Source of the DNA: Halogeometricum borinquense DSM 11551
Lineage (GTDB): Archaea > Halobacteriota > Halobacteria > Halobacteriales > Haloferacaceae
Direction: 5' to 3'
Length of the DNA: 32,000 nt
Assembly (NCBI RefSeq): GCF_000172995.2
Contig: NC_014735.1
Coordinates: 1-32,000 of the forward strand
The translations under genes were made by a program, and so were the position numbers. The notes beneath the pieces are model-generated. The model saw only the letters and a list, made by a program, of their open reading frames with translations, had not been told where the DNA came from and searched no databases. How positions within the stretch are numbered: position 1 is the stretch's first letter; the number at the start of each line of letters is the position of its first letter. Shown in pieces: positions 17,712 through 26,443 of this stretch.

Positions 17712-18968
17712 ATGGTAGTATTTGGCCTTTCCTTCGAAGGGTTCCCCCATTTTCCACTGAAAGAAGGCAATGACGGGTACCTTATTCCAGATGCATCAGT
17801 CGCTGAGCTATCTGAATGTCACAAGGAGGCTCTCAGTCAATCAGTCGCTACTGCGGTGGAAGCCGAATCGATGGGGTTCGAGTATATCGTTCATGCGGAA
17901 CACCACTCGGAGCTTGTGACGAACAACTCCCCGAACCCGATCCTGACACAAACCGCAATTGCACGAGAGACTCAGGAGATCCGGCTGCTTCAGATGGCGA
18001 ACATCCTCCCGTGGCACGAGCCAGTTCGTCTCGCCGAAATGCTCTCGATGCTAGATATTCTGAGTGACGGCCGGGTCGATGTTGGTGTCGGTGGCGGATC
18101 TCGCGATATTGCCACAGCGACACTCGGTCAGTATTGGGGTGGATCGTCGGCCCACGAACCAAAAAACGAGAAATCATTTGAAGAAAAATTTGAAATTCTG
18201 GTCAAGGCATGGACCGAAGATCTAGTCTCATACCACGGAGAGTTTCATCAGGTACCTCCGAGCTATACCGAACGGGAAATTAGCCATGACATCGCGTACT
18301 TTTCAGACAGTGTCTGTGAGTACGATCTTCACGACTACATCTCTAAAAAGAAAGACACGATAACGCTTGAGGGACTGCCAGTTATTCCACAACCGGAGCA
18401 GGAACCCCACCCACAGTTATGGCGACCGGCACTGTCATCCTCGTCGTCAACGTGGGCAGCACGTCGAGGGATCAACGTTTGTACCCATTTGTTAAGTATC
18501 TCCCAAACTAACGAAGTCGTCGACGCATACTACACCGCTGCCAAGGACGCTGAGTGGCCTGATCGTCAGACAGATTATACTGGGGAGGCGTTTAACTACG
18601 GATGGGATGCTCAGCGAAACCGAGGTGTTGGTATCATTATCTCCATGTTCAACACCGAAGTCGCCGACGACGGGGCGATTGAGCGATGGAAGCGCTCGTT
18701 CAAGCGCGATGAACAACAAAGAAGAAACGACCTCTCAGAGCCAATAAATGTCGATGAGCAGATTCAAGAACGGACAGCTCCCCTCTATGGGGATGCCGCT
18801 GAACTAATCAATGGGCTTGCAGAGGTGATCGAAGAGTGTGCGCTTGATGATGCGCTAATCATCTGTAATCCACACTCTGTCGGCCTTACACACGAAGAGC
18901 GACGAGAGCAGATACGGGCGTTCGCAGACGATGTGATGCCCTACTTCAGAGACGACCAGTATAAGTGA
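17712..18968 (+). CDS. Luciferase-like monooxygenase (LLM) family flavin/F420-dependent oxidoreductase
   Basis: 418 aa. The N-terminal TIM-barrel region is typical of LLMs (AESMGFEYIVHAEHH...RLLQMANILPWHEPVRLAEMLSMLDILSDGRVDVGVGGG...FEILVKAWTEDLVSYHGEFHQVPP). It is larger than typical family members because of insertions. Confidence 0.88.
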   Translation: MVVFGLSFEGFPHFPLKEGNDGYLIPDASVAELSECHKEALSQSVATAVEAESMGFEYIVHAEHHSELVTNNSPNPILTQTAIARETQEIRLLQMANILPWHEPVRLAEMLSMLDILSDGRVDVGVGGGSRDIATATLGQYWGGSSAHEPKNEKSFEEKFEILVKAWTEDLVSYHGEFHQVPPSYTEREISHDIAYFSDSVCEYDLHDYISKKKDTITLEGLPVIPQPEQEPHPQLWRPALSSSSSTWAARRGINVCTHLLSISQTNEVVDAYYTAAKDAEWPDRQTDYTGEAFNYGWDAQRNRGVGIIISMFNTEVADDGAIERWKRSFKRDEQQRRNDLSEPINVDEQIQERTAPLYGDAAELINGLAEVIEECALDDALIICNPHSVGLTHEERREQIRAFADDVMPYFRDDQYK

Positions 18969-19083
18969 ACGGTTGAGAGTGCAGATCCCCGGTAGAGTAA
19001 CAGACGGAATAATACATATACGAGAGCTTAGAATTGATTGACTGTCTAAAGGTGAAAGATCGAGAGCAGTTGCATGGTCCAGG

Positions 19084-19260
19084 TTAGTTGGTTGAAACAG
19101 ATTGCGAGCAATTGGAGCCACTGTCGGCGGGGTCAGAGATGAGCGTGTATTGCGAACGACTCAGTCCGGCATTGGAGTCTAAGACAATAACAGGCCGCCT
19201 GTAACAACGGTACGCCATCAACGATAAAGACTACCTCGGAAGCGCGACATTTTTTCAGAG
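19084..19260 (-). pseudogene. Remnant of the C-terminal end of a second IS6-type transposase
   Basis: The minus-strand frame reads KKCRASEVVFIVDGVPLLQAACYCLRLQCRTESFAIHAHL*PRRQWLQLLAICFNQLT. From memory, it resembles the C-terminal end of haloarchaeal IS6 (ISH14-like) transposases (a ...FLVDG...LQAAC... segment near a C-terminal ...WLQAF...NQL...). There is an internal deletion and an in-frame stop. Further decayed sequence probably extends toward about 19800. Confidence 0.45.
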
Positions 19261-20375
19261 TTCTTCGATATTTATGGCATCGGCCTGAGTCGTAAGCAAG
19301 GACAGATAGGTGTGAGAACCATTTTTGTTATCCACGATGCTTAAGCAAGTAACCCTGAACCTTCGAGCGGTATTCGTGACTGAGGAACTCTTAGCATACG
19401 GTGGGAAAAGGATGTTTTGAACCCCTAATGCTCTCGTCCTTGGTTGTTTCCTCGGGACTATGATAGCGTTTGACGAATTCGTCTATCGAATTAGGAAGAG
19501 ATAGCAGCCACACAGGATACCCCCAAGTAGATTTCGTAGCAGAGGTCAAGGTCAAAACTCGTTCTTCGTACTATCCGGCATTTCATACGCTTTTCCTGAA
19601 GATTCTCGCAGTAGCCAGGACACTAATCCTCCTAAACCCGATTTCCCCGCGTTATATGCAGTGAGCAGTTTGACCATCTCTCGACAGCGGTCTGGAAAGT
19701 ACTACTGCGCCGATAGAAGGGTTGACTAGCAGAAATTCTACGGGATCGACAATCCCAAGCGAGCCGTGAGACCGTAGGGTAGATATTGTATGATGATTCA
19801 GCAGAGCTTTTGAAAAATAATTCCAACAGAGATGGAATATTAAACCTGAACTATAAAATTCCACTGTGACAATAATAATATTGTAATGCTGGAATGAGTA
19901 CATTCTCATAATCGTGACGAACCCACCGAGACATAATGAGGACGGGAGACCAGCAGATCAGTCTCAGACAAACAGTTGCTCCATCACCATTCAAGAACAG
20001 GATAGTAATACCGGTATCGGGATTTAATCTGAGAATATATGATTGGATTCGGCCGTAAGAGCGCTCAGATCTCACTAATCGTACGCCACTCATAACGAGG
20101 AAGACACATAAGAAGTGATACACATTTAGCACCTTGCTATTTCATAATATGACTGTCATTATTAGCTGTATAATTACGCTGTTTGTCAAAGAAAGACATC
20201 ACTCAACCGAAATAGAATAAAAACAGTACCCTAGCAAGTGGCCAATCCGCTATTCTCAAAGGTAAATCCGCACTATCCACGCATCAAAGCGGTGCGTAGT
20301 CCGGTTACCGACTCCGAAACTATCCCATCGAGAGACTGTTTTCAGCGCGGTGAGTGCGGAGAACAGAAAAAGAGA

Positions 20376-20894
20376 CTACTCGAATAGCTCAGCGTGGCGC
20401 TCAGCAAGTTCCGTGTATTCCGTTGCAGAGTACTTGCTGAGAAGTTCCTCGATATCGATACCGGCCTCAGACAGTGGAGTAACTTCCGCGGGAACACCCC
20501 GAACGAACGACTCCGGCGGAATATCGCGCCCCTCGGGAACAACACAGCCAGCGGCAACGATACTCCGCTCACCGACCGTCACATCCGTATTTATCGTGGC
20601 ATTGAATCCGATGAGCGTGCTGTCTTCGACGACGGCCTCATTAAGCACCGAGCCGTGACCAACCATCACCCGATTGCCGATAGTTGAGGCGTGAAGGACA
20701 GCGTTATCAGCAACGTGTGATTCCGCCCCAATTCGGACCGAGCCGATATCACCCCGGAGAACAACCCCAGGCCAGACACTTGCGTTCGCAGCAACCCGAA
20801 CATCACCGACAAGCGTGGACATCTGGCTCACATGAGCATCCGCGTCGATGGTCGGCGTGTCACCTTCGAACTCGTAGATCCTCGGATCGTTCAT
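20376..20894 (-). CDS. Gamma-carbonic-anhydrase-like / left-handed beta-helix (hexapeptide repeat) protein
   Basis: Start MNDPRIYEFEGDTPTIDADAHVSQMSTLVGDVRV..., with hexapeptide repeats throughout and the His residues typical of the gamma-CA/PaaY family. 172 aa counted from the internal ATG at 20894. Confidence 0.88.
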   Translation of the reverse strand: MNDPRIYEFEGDTPTIDADAHVSQMSTLVGDVRVAANASVWPGVVLRGDIGSVRIGAESHVADNAVLHASTIGNRVMVGHGSVLNEAVVEDSTLIGFNATINTDVTVGERSIVAAGCVVPEGRDIPPESFVRGVPAEVTPLSEAGIDIEELLSKYSATEYTELAERHAELFE

Positions 20895-21320
20895 AGTGAT
20901 TGGTACGTGAGATACCGCATTAAGTATTGTTCGTGTATCACGAATTAAGACACGCGACAACGGTACTGGTTCTACATTCATACACGGCAGACTGAAAGCT
21001 CGTGTACGAAGTGCGCGTACCGAGATAAGTGTGCGAACTGGAGTAGTTTCTTTGCGTGTGTGACAGTCAGTAGTAGTTACTGAGAGGACAAGACGATAAC
21101 GAACGAACGCCACACCATGCAAGGAAACACCGTGATATCCGGTTTGTTTTAGTACCTCGCTGACAGTAATCGATGCACGAGTGGAGCACATCAGCACCAC
21201 ACAACGACCGGCCGTACTCTCCTGCGACAAACCCGAGGTAATCCGCAGTAAGAGCCTACTGCCACGGCAAACTCGAATTGACAGATCGTCCTTCACTCTC
21301 GCCTTTTCTTACCACTGAAG

Positions 21321-21353
21321 ACCATAGAAAACCATCTGATGGTAGCAAATGGT
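21321..21353. promoter_or_regulatory. 33-bp dyad: ACCAT-N5-ACCAT-N3-ATGGT-N5-ATGGT; candidate operator upstream of phaR
   Basis: ACCAT at 21321 and 21331, ATGGT at 21339 and 21349, symmetric about 21337. Same-orientation repeats are spaced 10 bp apart. A further ACCAC lies at 21311. Confidence 0.4.
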
Positions 21354-21361
21354 ACTGAGAG

Positions 21362-21371
21362 TAAATTATAA
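21362..21371 (+). promoter_or_regulatory. TATA-like box for the phaR-phaP transcript
   Basis: TAAATTATAA lies 31-40 nt upstream of the phaR ATG (21402). This fits a leaderless or short-leader haloarchaeal promoter. Confidence 0.35.
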
Positions 21372-21401
21372 GTCGATCAGGCCAGTTTGTCAGAGTGGGA
21401 A

Positions 21402-21710
21402 ATGACCGAGCAAGAAGAGAACAAGCAGATGCAGATGTGGCCGCCAGCGTTCCTCGAGCAGATGCAAGAGGCCGGTGAACGAACAATGGAGGCACAGAAC
21501 CGGATGTACCGGCAGTTCCTGTCGTCGATGACAGGATCAGACGTGAGCGGCCTCGGCCAAATCGGCTGGCGCGACATGGCGACGTTCAAGACGCGCGTTC
21601 AGAGCGGAGGGCGCATCAGCATTCCCGACGCCGAACGCGAGACGCTCGATATCGAAGAGGGCGACATCGTCCAAACGATCGTTATCCCAATCAACCGAGA
21701 CACGGAGTAA
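21402..21710 (+). CDS. phaR: PHA regulator PhaR (AbrB/SpoVT-type DNA-binding domain)
   Basis: The C-terminal KTRVQSGGRISIPDAERETLDIEEGDIVQTIVIP is an AbrB-like swapped-hairpin motif. It sits directly upstream of phaP-phaE-phaC, as in Haloferax mediterranei. Confidence 0.8.
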   Translation: MTEQEENKQMQMWPPAFLEQMQEAGERTMEAQNRMYRQFLSSMTGSDVSGLGQIGWRDMATFKTRVQSGGRISIPDAERETLDIEEGDIVQTIVIPINRDTE

Positions 21711-21715
21711 TCATC

Positions 21716-22183
21716 ATGAGCAGTAACCCCATAGAGACCACGTTCGACCTGCAGCATCAGTCAGTCAAACAAGCCCGAGAAATCGTTGAACAGAACGTCA
21801 AACTTCAACAGTCGATGATGCAGTCAGTCCCGGATGGCATGGACGCCCAGCGGTCGGTACAACACAGAGCTTCGGACCTCTCGAAGCAAGCACTTCACAC
21901 GTATGCTGAAGCTATCGAAGCGGCGAGTCCGGAGGCCGAGATGTCGTTCGAGGATATGCACCAAGCAATCGACGATGGGTTCGACATGTTCAACGAATCG
22001 TTGGACGACATGTGGGACTACTACGAACAGATCGTCGATATGAACGTCGAAGCGTACGACGAGTTCGCAGACACGCAACTCAACTTCGTACACGACTCGT
22101 TCGACGCATTTCTGGAATCGTACGAGGCAGTCGAAGAGCAAACGATAGAGATAACGAATCCGGAAATGCATCCGGAGGACTAA
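21716..22183 (+). CDS. phaP: Haloarchaeal phasin PhaP
   Basis: 155-aa, very acidic helical protein located 5 nt after phaR and upstream of phaE. Position and size match the haloarchaeal PhaP. Confidence 0.7.
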   Translation: MSSNPIETTFDLQHQSVKQAREIVEQNVKLQQSMMQSVPDGMDAQRSVQHRASDLSKQALHTYAEAIEAASPEAEMSFEDMHQAIDDGFDMFNESLDDMWDYYEQIVDMNVEAYDEFADTQLNFVHDSFDAFLESYEAVEEQTIEITNPEMHPED

Positions 22184-22208
22184 TTACATTAAAGAAACAT
22201 ATTGAACT

Positions 22209-22763
22209 ATGAACTCCAACTCCGGTGGAGAGAGTCCACCAGGCGGCGACTGGGGATTCGAACAACTGAGAGAAGCATACATGGAGGGATTCGAACGGAA
22301 CATCGAAGCCCAGTCGGCGTTCGTGGAGGCATGGCAGGACGCGGTTGACGAAACGATGCTGTCGGAGGAGGCGATGCAAGATAGTATCGAAGGCTACGTC
22401 GGCGCGTACGAAGTCTGGATGGACGCGGCTGAGGCCTCTCTCTCACGAATGAGTAGTGCGTACGAAGGAAAGGACGTCGATATTTCCAACTTCAGAGATA
22501 TCTGGCTCGAAGCCGCCAACGACGCGTTCAAAGAGATTGCGTCCACACAGGGGTTCGCTACCATGACGGGCCAAACGGTCGAAGAATCATTCGGCCTCAG
22601 AGGAGACTTCGGTGAAATACAACGGGAGACGTTACGAAACCTCGGCGTTCCGACCGAGTCGGACATCGACGAAATCGGAGAACGACTCCTCGAATTCGAG
22701 CGACGACAGCACAAGGTAGAGCAGAAGCTAGACGAAGTCCTCAACGCACTCGAAGAGGAATGA
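22209..22763 (+). CDS. phaE: PHA synthase subunit PhaE (class III, haloarchaeal type)
   Basis: 184 aa containing ...[17 protein letters not shown]...[16 protein letters not shown]...[26 protein letters not shown], which matches haloarchaeal PhaE by recall. ATGA overlap with phaC at 22760-22763. Confidence 0.85.
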   Translation: MNSNSGGESPPGGDWGFEQLREAYMEGFERNIEAQSAFVEAWQDAVDETMLSEEAMQDSIEGYVGAYEVWMDAAEASLSRMSSAYEGKDVDISNFRDIWLEAANDAFKEIASTQGFATMTGQTVEESFGLRGDFGEIQRETLRNLGVPTESDIDEIGERLLEFERRQHKVEQKLDEVLNALEEE

Positions 22764-24100
22764 ATCCGTACAGTGCTCCGTTAGAGTTCCAAGCGCAAAC
22801 GTGGGAGGACGCTGCCGAGGCCATCGAACAGATGACCGGAGCGCCCGACCAGCTGGAGCGAATGCAATCGGTTGAGGTCGGACAGACACCAAGCGAGGTT
22901 GTCTACTCGGAGAACAAACTCGACTTACTGCATTACGAACCGCGGACCGACGAGCAACTTGACGTTCCGATACTCATTGTCTACGCGCTGATTAATCGGC
23001 CGTACATCCTCGACTTGCAACCGAACCGGAGCGTCGTACGGACACTTCTCGACCAGGGTCTCGATGTCTACCTCATCGACTGGGGAGAGCCCTCTCGGCT
23101 CGATGCCAGTCTCACCCTTGACGACTACGTCAACCGGTACATCGAGAACTGTGTCGATGTCGTTCGTGACCGGTCCGACCAAGACTCCATCAACGTCCTC
23201 GGTTACTGTATGGGAGGAACAATGAGTGCCATGTACACCGCGCTCCATCCCGAGAAGGTACGCAATCTCGGGCTGATGGCGTCCGGACTCTGCTTCAACG
23301 ACACTGGTGGCACCTTGGAGTTTTGGGGCGACGAAGAGTACTACAATCCGGAAGCGGTAACCGACGTATCCGGAAACGTTCCATCGGAGTTTCTCGACGT
23401 TGGGTTCGCACTCATGGACCCAGTCGATAACTACCTCACGAAGTACATCCGTCTGTTCGAGAATCTCGACAACGACAGCTTCGTGGAGAACTTCGCCCGA
23501 ATGGAAAAATGGCTTTCCGATGGGATCGACGTCGCCGGCGAGACGTACAACCAGTTCCTACAGGACATCTATCAGGACAACAAACTGGTGAACGGCGAAC
23601 TCATGCTCGGCGAACAGCACGTTGATCTGGCGAACATCGACATGCCGGTGATACAGATTATCGGCGAACACGACCATCTGATTCCCCCTGAGTCGAGTAT
23701 CCCGTTCAACGATGCGATTGCCAGCGATGACACCATGGTCATCGAGTTCCCCACCGGCCACATCGGGCTCTCCGTCTCGAGCAAGTCCCACGCAGAACTG
23801 TGGCCGCAAGTTTGCGACTGGTACGTACAGCGGTCACAACACGAAGAGACGGAGAGTACCTCAGCGGAAGCAACCGACGAGCCAGCGACCGAGAGTGCAG
23901 CGGTCGAGGAGTCGGCCGAGCTGGAGGACATCACCGGAATCGGTCCGGCATATGCTACGCGGTTGCGCGAATCAGGTATCGAAACCTTCGAAGATCTCGC
24001 CTCAGCAGAGGTGTCGATAGCCGAACAAATAGACGTCTCTGAAAGCCAGTTCCAGCAGTGGATCGACGAGGCCAACGAACGTCTCAACAAGAACGACTAA
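22760..24100 (+). CDS. phaC: PHA synthase catalytic subunit PhaC (class III) with C-terminal extension
   Basis: Alpha/beta-hydrolase fold with lipase-box GYCMGG (Cys150), Asp305 in [10 protein letters not shown] and His334 in PTGHIG. An acidic linker and helix-hairpin-helix-like [24 protein letters not shown] lie at the C-terminus. Confidence 0.95.
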   Translation: MNPYSAPLEFQAQTWEDAAEAIEQMTGAPDQLERMQSVEVGQTPSEVVYSENKLDLLHYEPRTDEQLDVPILIVYALINRPYILDLQPNRSVVRTLLDQGLDVYLIDWGEPSRLDASLTLDDYVNRYIENCVDVVRDRSDQDSINVLGYCMGGTMSAMYTALHPEKVRNLGLMASGLCFNDTGGTLEFWGDEEYYNPEAVTDVSGNVPSEFLDVGFALMDPVDNYLTKYIRLFENLDNDSFVENFARMEKWLSDGIDVAGETYNQFLQDIYQDNKLVNGELMLGEQHVDLANIDMPVIQIIGEHDHLIPPESSIPFNDAIASDDTMVIEFPTGHIGLSVSSKSHAELWPQVCDWYVQRSQHEETESTSAEATDEPATESAAVEESAELEDITGIGPAYATRLRESGIETFEDLASAEVSIAEQIDVSESQFQQWIDEANERLNKND

Positions 24101-24123
24101 TCGTTCTTCTCTCCCATCGATCA

Positions 24124-24128
24124 TTTTT
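24124..24128 (+). terminator. Oligo-T tract after phaC
   Basis: T5 run 24 nt after the phaC stop, in the 90-nt gap between convergent genes. Confidence 0.25.
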
Positions 24129-24190
24129 ACGTTTCAGACCGGACCGGACACACCGACGTATCGAGTGTCTGCGTTTGAATGCCTATTGGC

Positions 24191-24700
24191 TTACTCCGAC
24201 AGTTGCTCAGAGGGCATGCGAAAGCCCTCGAAGCGGTCGAACCAGTCACTGCCCTCTCTCAATGCCTCAATACAGTCATCGACTGTGAACACGTCGTCAC
24301 GAGCGCACGGGAACACTCCCTTGAGAGAGTCATCCTCGTAGACAGCGAGACAGACGACCGGCAAGACGAGTACTTCGTACGTCTCGTTCATCTCCAGCGG
24401 CGATAGTTCGTTCTCCTGGAACGCCGGTTCTAACGTCATCCCATTCTCCGCTGCCCAAGACTGGAACTCGCGAACGGTATCCAGATTCCCCATCGCAGTG
24501 GTAACTGAACAAGAGGGGGAGGTGTTGATCGACCGACCCCACACATCGACTGTGTACTCGTTGATTTTGCCGTCAGACTCAAGTTGGTCTAGGCGCTCGA
24601 TAATCGATTCTGGTCTATCGTACGCACCACGTGGCATCTGTTCGCGGATACGAACTTCGACACGACGCTGTGACTGGTCCACTGTCCCTCTCATACTCAT
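24191..24700 (-). CDS. Hypothetical protein, function unknown
   Basis: 169-aa ORF of acidic composition, convergent with phaC. No motif recognised. Confidence 0.65.
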   Translation of the reverse strand: MSMRGTVDQSQRRVEVRIREQMPRGAYDRPESIIERLDQLESDGKINEYTVDVWGRSINTSPSCSVTTAMGNLDTVREFQSWAAENGMTLEPAFQENELSPLEMNETYEVLVLPVVCLAVYEDDSLKGVFPCARDDVFTVDDCIEALREGSDWFDRFEGFRMPSEQLSE

Positions 24701-24836
24701 ACACTCTCAATCAAGTCTAATAGTACTTTTTCTAATTCACCGGTACTATCGAACACCTTGTGATACATTTTCACAGTATCATATGAGAAGTGGTACACAG
24801 AAAAAGATATGCCGGAGAAACAGAACGCGCCGCCAC

Positions 24837-25502
24837 CTAGAACGTTTCAGTGTACTCCGGCGGTTCATCGATAAGAACAATAGCTTCACCATCAGCAAGC
24901 TTCTCGCCGGATTCGTTATGAACGACCGTATCGAGTCGATATCTACTCTCTCCGAATGCTTCTGTGATTTCACAGGTCGCAGTCAACGTCCCGCCGGGTT
25001 CCGCAGCGGAGAGGAATTCGAGATCCTGCGAGAGATATATCGTTACGCCGGGAAATCGTGCCAAAGCGGCACTTATCAAGCCCGAGATGAGGGTCCCGTG
25101 GACAATCGGGGTCCCAAACCGTGTGCGCTTGGCGAATTCGTCGTCGAGATGTAACGGATTCGTATCACCGCTGATCGTGGCGAACGCACTGACATCCTCA
25201 CTGGAGAGTTGCTTCGTGAACGAGACGCGCTCACCAACACCCAGTTCCTCATACCGGTTCACAGAGCGCTCAAACGACCATTGATGTCGTGTCTCGAGTA
25301 TACTATCCAATTCAACGCCCTCATCGTCTACGTGAGACGTCTGACCGCCCAACGATGCGATAAAAGCGTGGTTCGCCTCGATAAGTCCGTTGAAAAGGTA
25401 CCCAGAACTTCGCTGAACGTGTTCTGAGGCTCGAAGCCACGCGCTGCTTAGCGACTGTGGCTGATATGCAGGGGTGGTTTGGCTGTGTTCGTCACCAGAC
25501 AT
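24837..25502 (-). CDS. maoC: MaoC-like (R)-specific enoyl-CoA hydratase / dehydratase with N-terminal extension
   Basis: Hot-dog fold motifs FATISGDTNPLHLDDEFAKRTRFGTPIVHGTL. About 85 extra N-terminal residues of unknown function. Confidence 0.88.
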   Translation of the reverse strand: MSGDEHSQTTPAYQPQSLSSAWLRASEHVQRSSGYLFNGLIEANHAFIASLGGQTSHVDDEGVELDSILETRHQWSFERSVNRYEELGVGERVSFTKQLSSEDVSAFATISGDTNPLHLDDEFAKRTRFGTPIVHGTLISGLISAALARFPGVTIYLSQDLEFLSAAEPGGTLTATCEITEAFGESRYRLDTVVHNESGEKLADGEAIVLIDEPPEYTETF

Positions 25503-25721
25503 AGGTAACCGTCAGGTCTCCCAAAACAAAAACCCATATGACCGTTTAGTGTGTCTGGCGTGTCTTTTTACTGGATGGTAAGCCATAACAACTGTCAACA
25601 ATTCTAATAGGTATCCCGTCAGCACGAGTTAATCTCTCTCTTCACCGGTAGACTGTCCATTTCGATATAGTCGAAACGTGAAGTAAGATTTTTGTGGGTT
25701 GTGCGCTAGAGAATAACACAC

Positions 25722-25892
25722 ATGATGATGGGTAATAAATGCACCGTTTGCGGCGAACGATTAACAGAGAAGCACGTGCGTGATTGTACGATATGTGGGT
25801 GTCAGATGCACAACCAGTGCATGGAGTACTTCCAGACGTACGAGTGCCAGACGTGCGGTGATGAAACGTGGATCGGAGCAGTCGAACTATGA
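25722..25892 (+). CDS. 56-aa double zinc-finger micro-protein
   Basis: MMMGNKCTVCGERLTEKHVRDCTICGCQMHNQCMEYFQTYECQTCGDETWIGAVEL. It carries CxxC pairs (CTVC, CTIC, CQTC) plus further Cys/His. Below the 60-aa cutoff of the ORF track. Confidence 0.5.
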   Translation: MMMGNKCTVCGERLTEKHVRDCTICGCQMHNQCMEYFQTYECQTCGDETWIGAVEL

Positions 25893-25984
25893 CACCCACA
25901 GGACACCTTCCACGAGACGTCGATCCACGAGTTGCCTCTAGTTTGATTAGTCCATGCTTCGATCAGTGATTCCGCAATCCGACA

Positions 25985-26443
25985 TTAAATCAGTTCGAAT
26001 CGGTATCCATCCCACTCTTGACTCTCTGCGACCCGAATACCGCTTGCTGAGTCACGGAGCGAACCCACGTATACAGGCCGGACTTCGTCGCCGATGGCCA
26101 CATCAACTGACATCTCCTCGTCGGTCCCTGATCCATCATCGAAATCGCCAGCGGTCGCCAACTGCCCAATCGCTCGAACAGATTCACCGTCGATATCAAA
26201 TTCAACGATAGCGACCGGGTTCGGACGGCGGACTCCCGACGGAGTCGCAGTACTGACAGTCCACGTGAGGACCGTCGCAGTGTACTCACTGAGATCAATC
26301 ATCTCAACCGAAGCACCTCCGTTCGGTCCAATCGGATGTTCCGGATACGTGATGCTCCCGTCGGGGTATCGGAACGCCTTCATCGGAGGCTGTGCGTCGT
26401 GATTATCGCTCGTGCTCGAATCGTCGTTCAGTTCGTGGCTCAT
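25985..26443 (-). CDS. OB-fold (DUF35-type) small subunit of the haloarchaeal beta-ketothiolase
   Basis: 152 aa. Its start overlaps the stop of the thiolase gene by 4 nt. The OB-fold-like region is ...TVLTWTVSTATPSGVRRPNPVAIVEFDIDGESVRAIGQL. Two-subunit thiolases (BktB/PhaA alpha plus beta) are known from Haloferax mediterranei. Confidence 0.8.
   Translation of the reverse strand: MSHELNDDSSTSDNHDAQPPMKAFRYPDGSITYPEHPIGPNGGASVEMIDLSEYTATVLTWTVSTATPSGVRRPNPVAIVEFDIDGESVRAIGQLATAGDFDDGSGTDEEMSVDVAIGDEVRPVYVGSLRDSASGIRVAESQEWDGYRFELI

Noticed and set aside
19470-20132. ORFs 19470..19664, 19652..19909 and 19851..20132
   Set aside because: They lie in roughly 30-40 percent GC DNA with hydrophobic or basic low-complexity translations. 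They are probably artefacts within eroded IS sequence.
20895-21296. N-terminal 134-codon extension of the gamma-CA-like ORF
   Set aside because: The extension is basic, Cys/Arg-rich and lies in an AT-rich intergenic region. The conserved beta-helix domain begins at the internal MNDPRIYEF.
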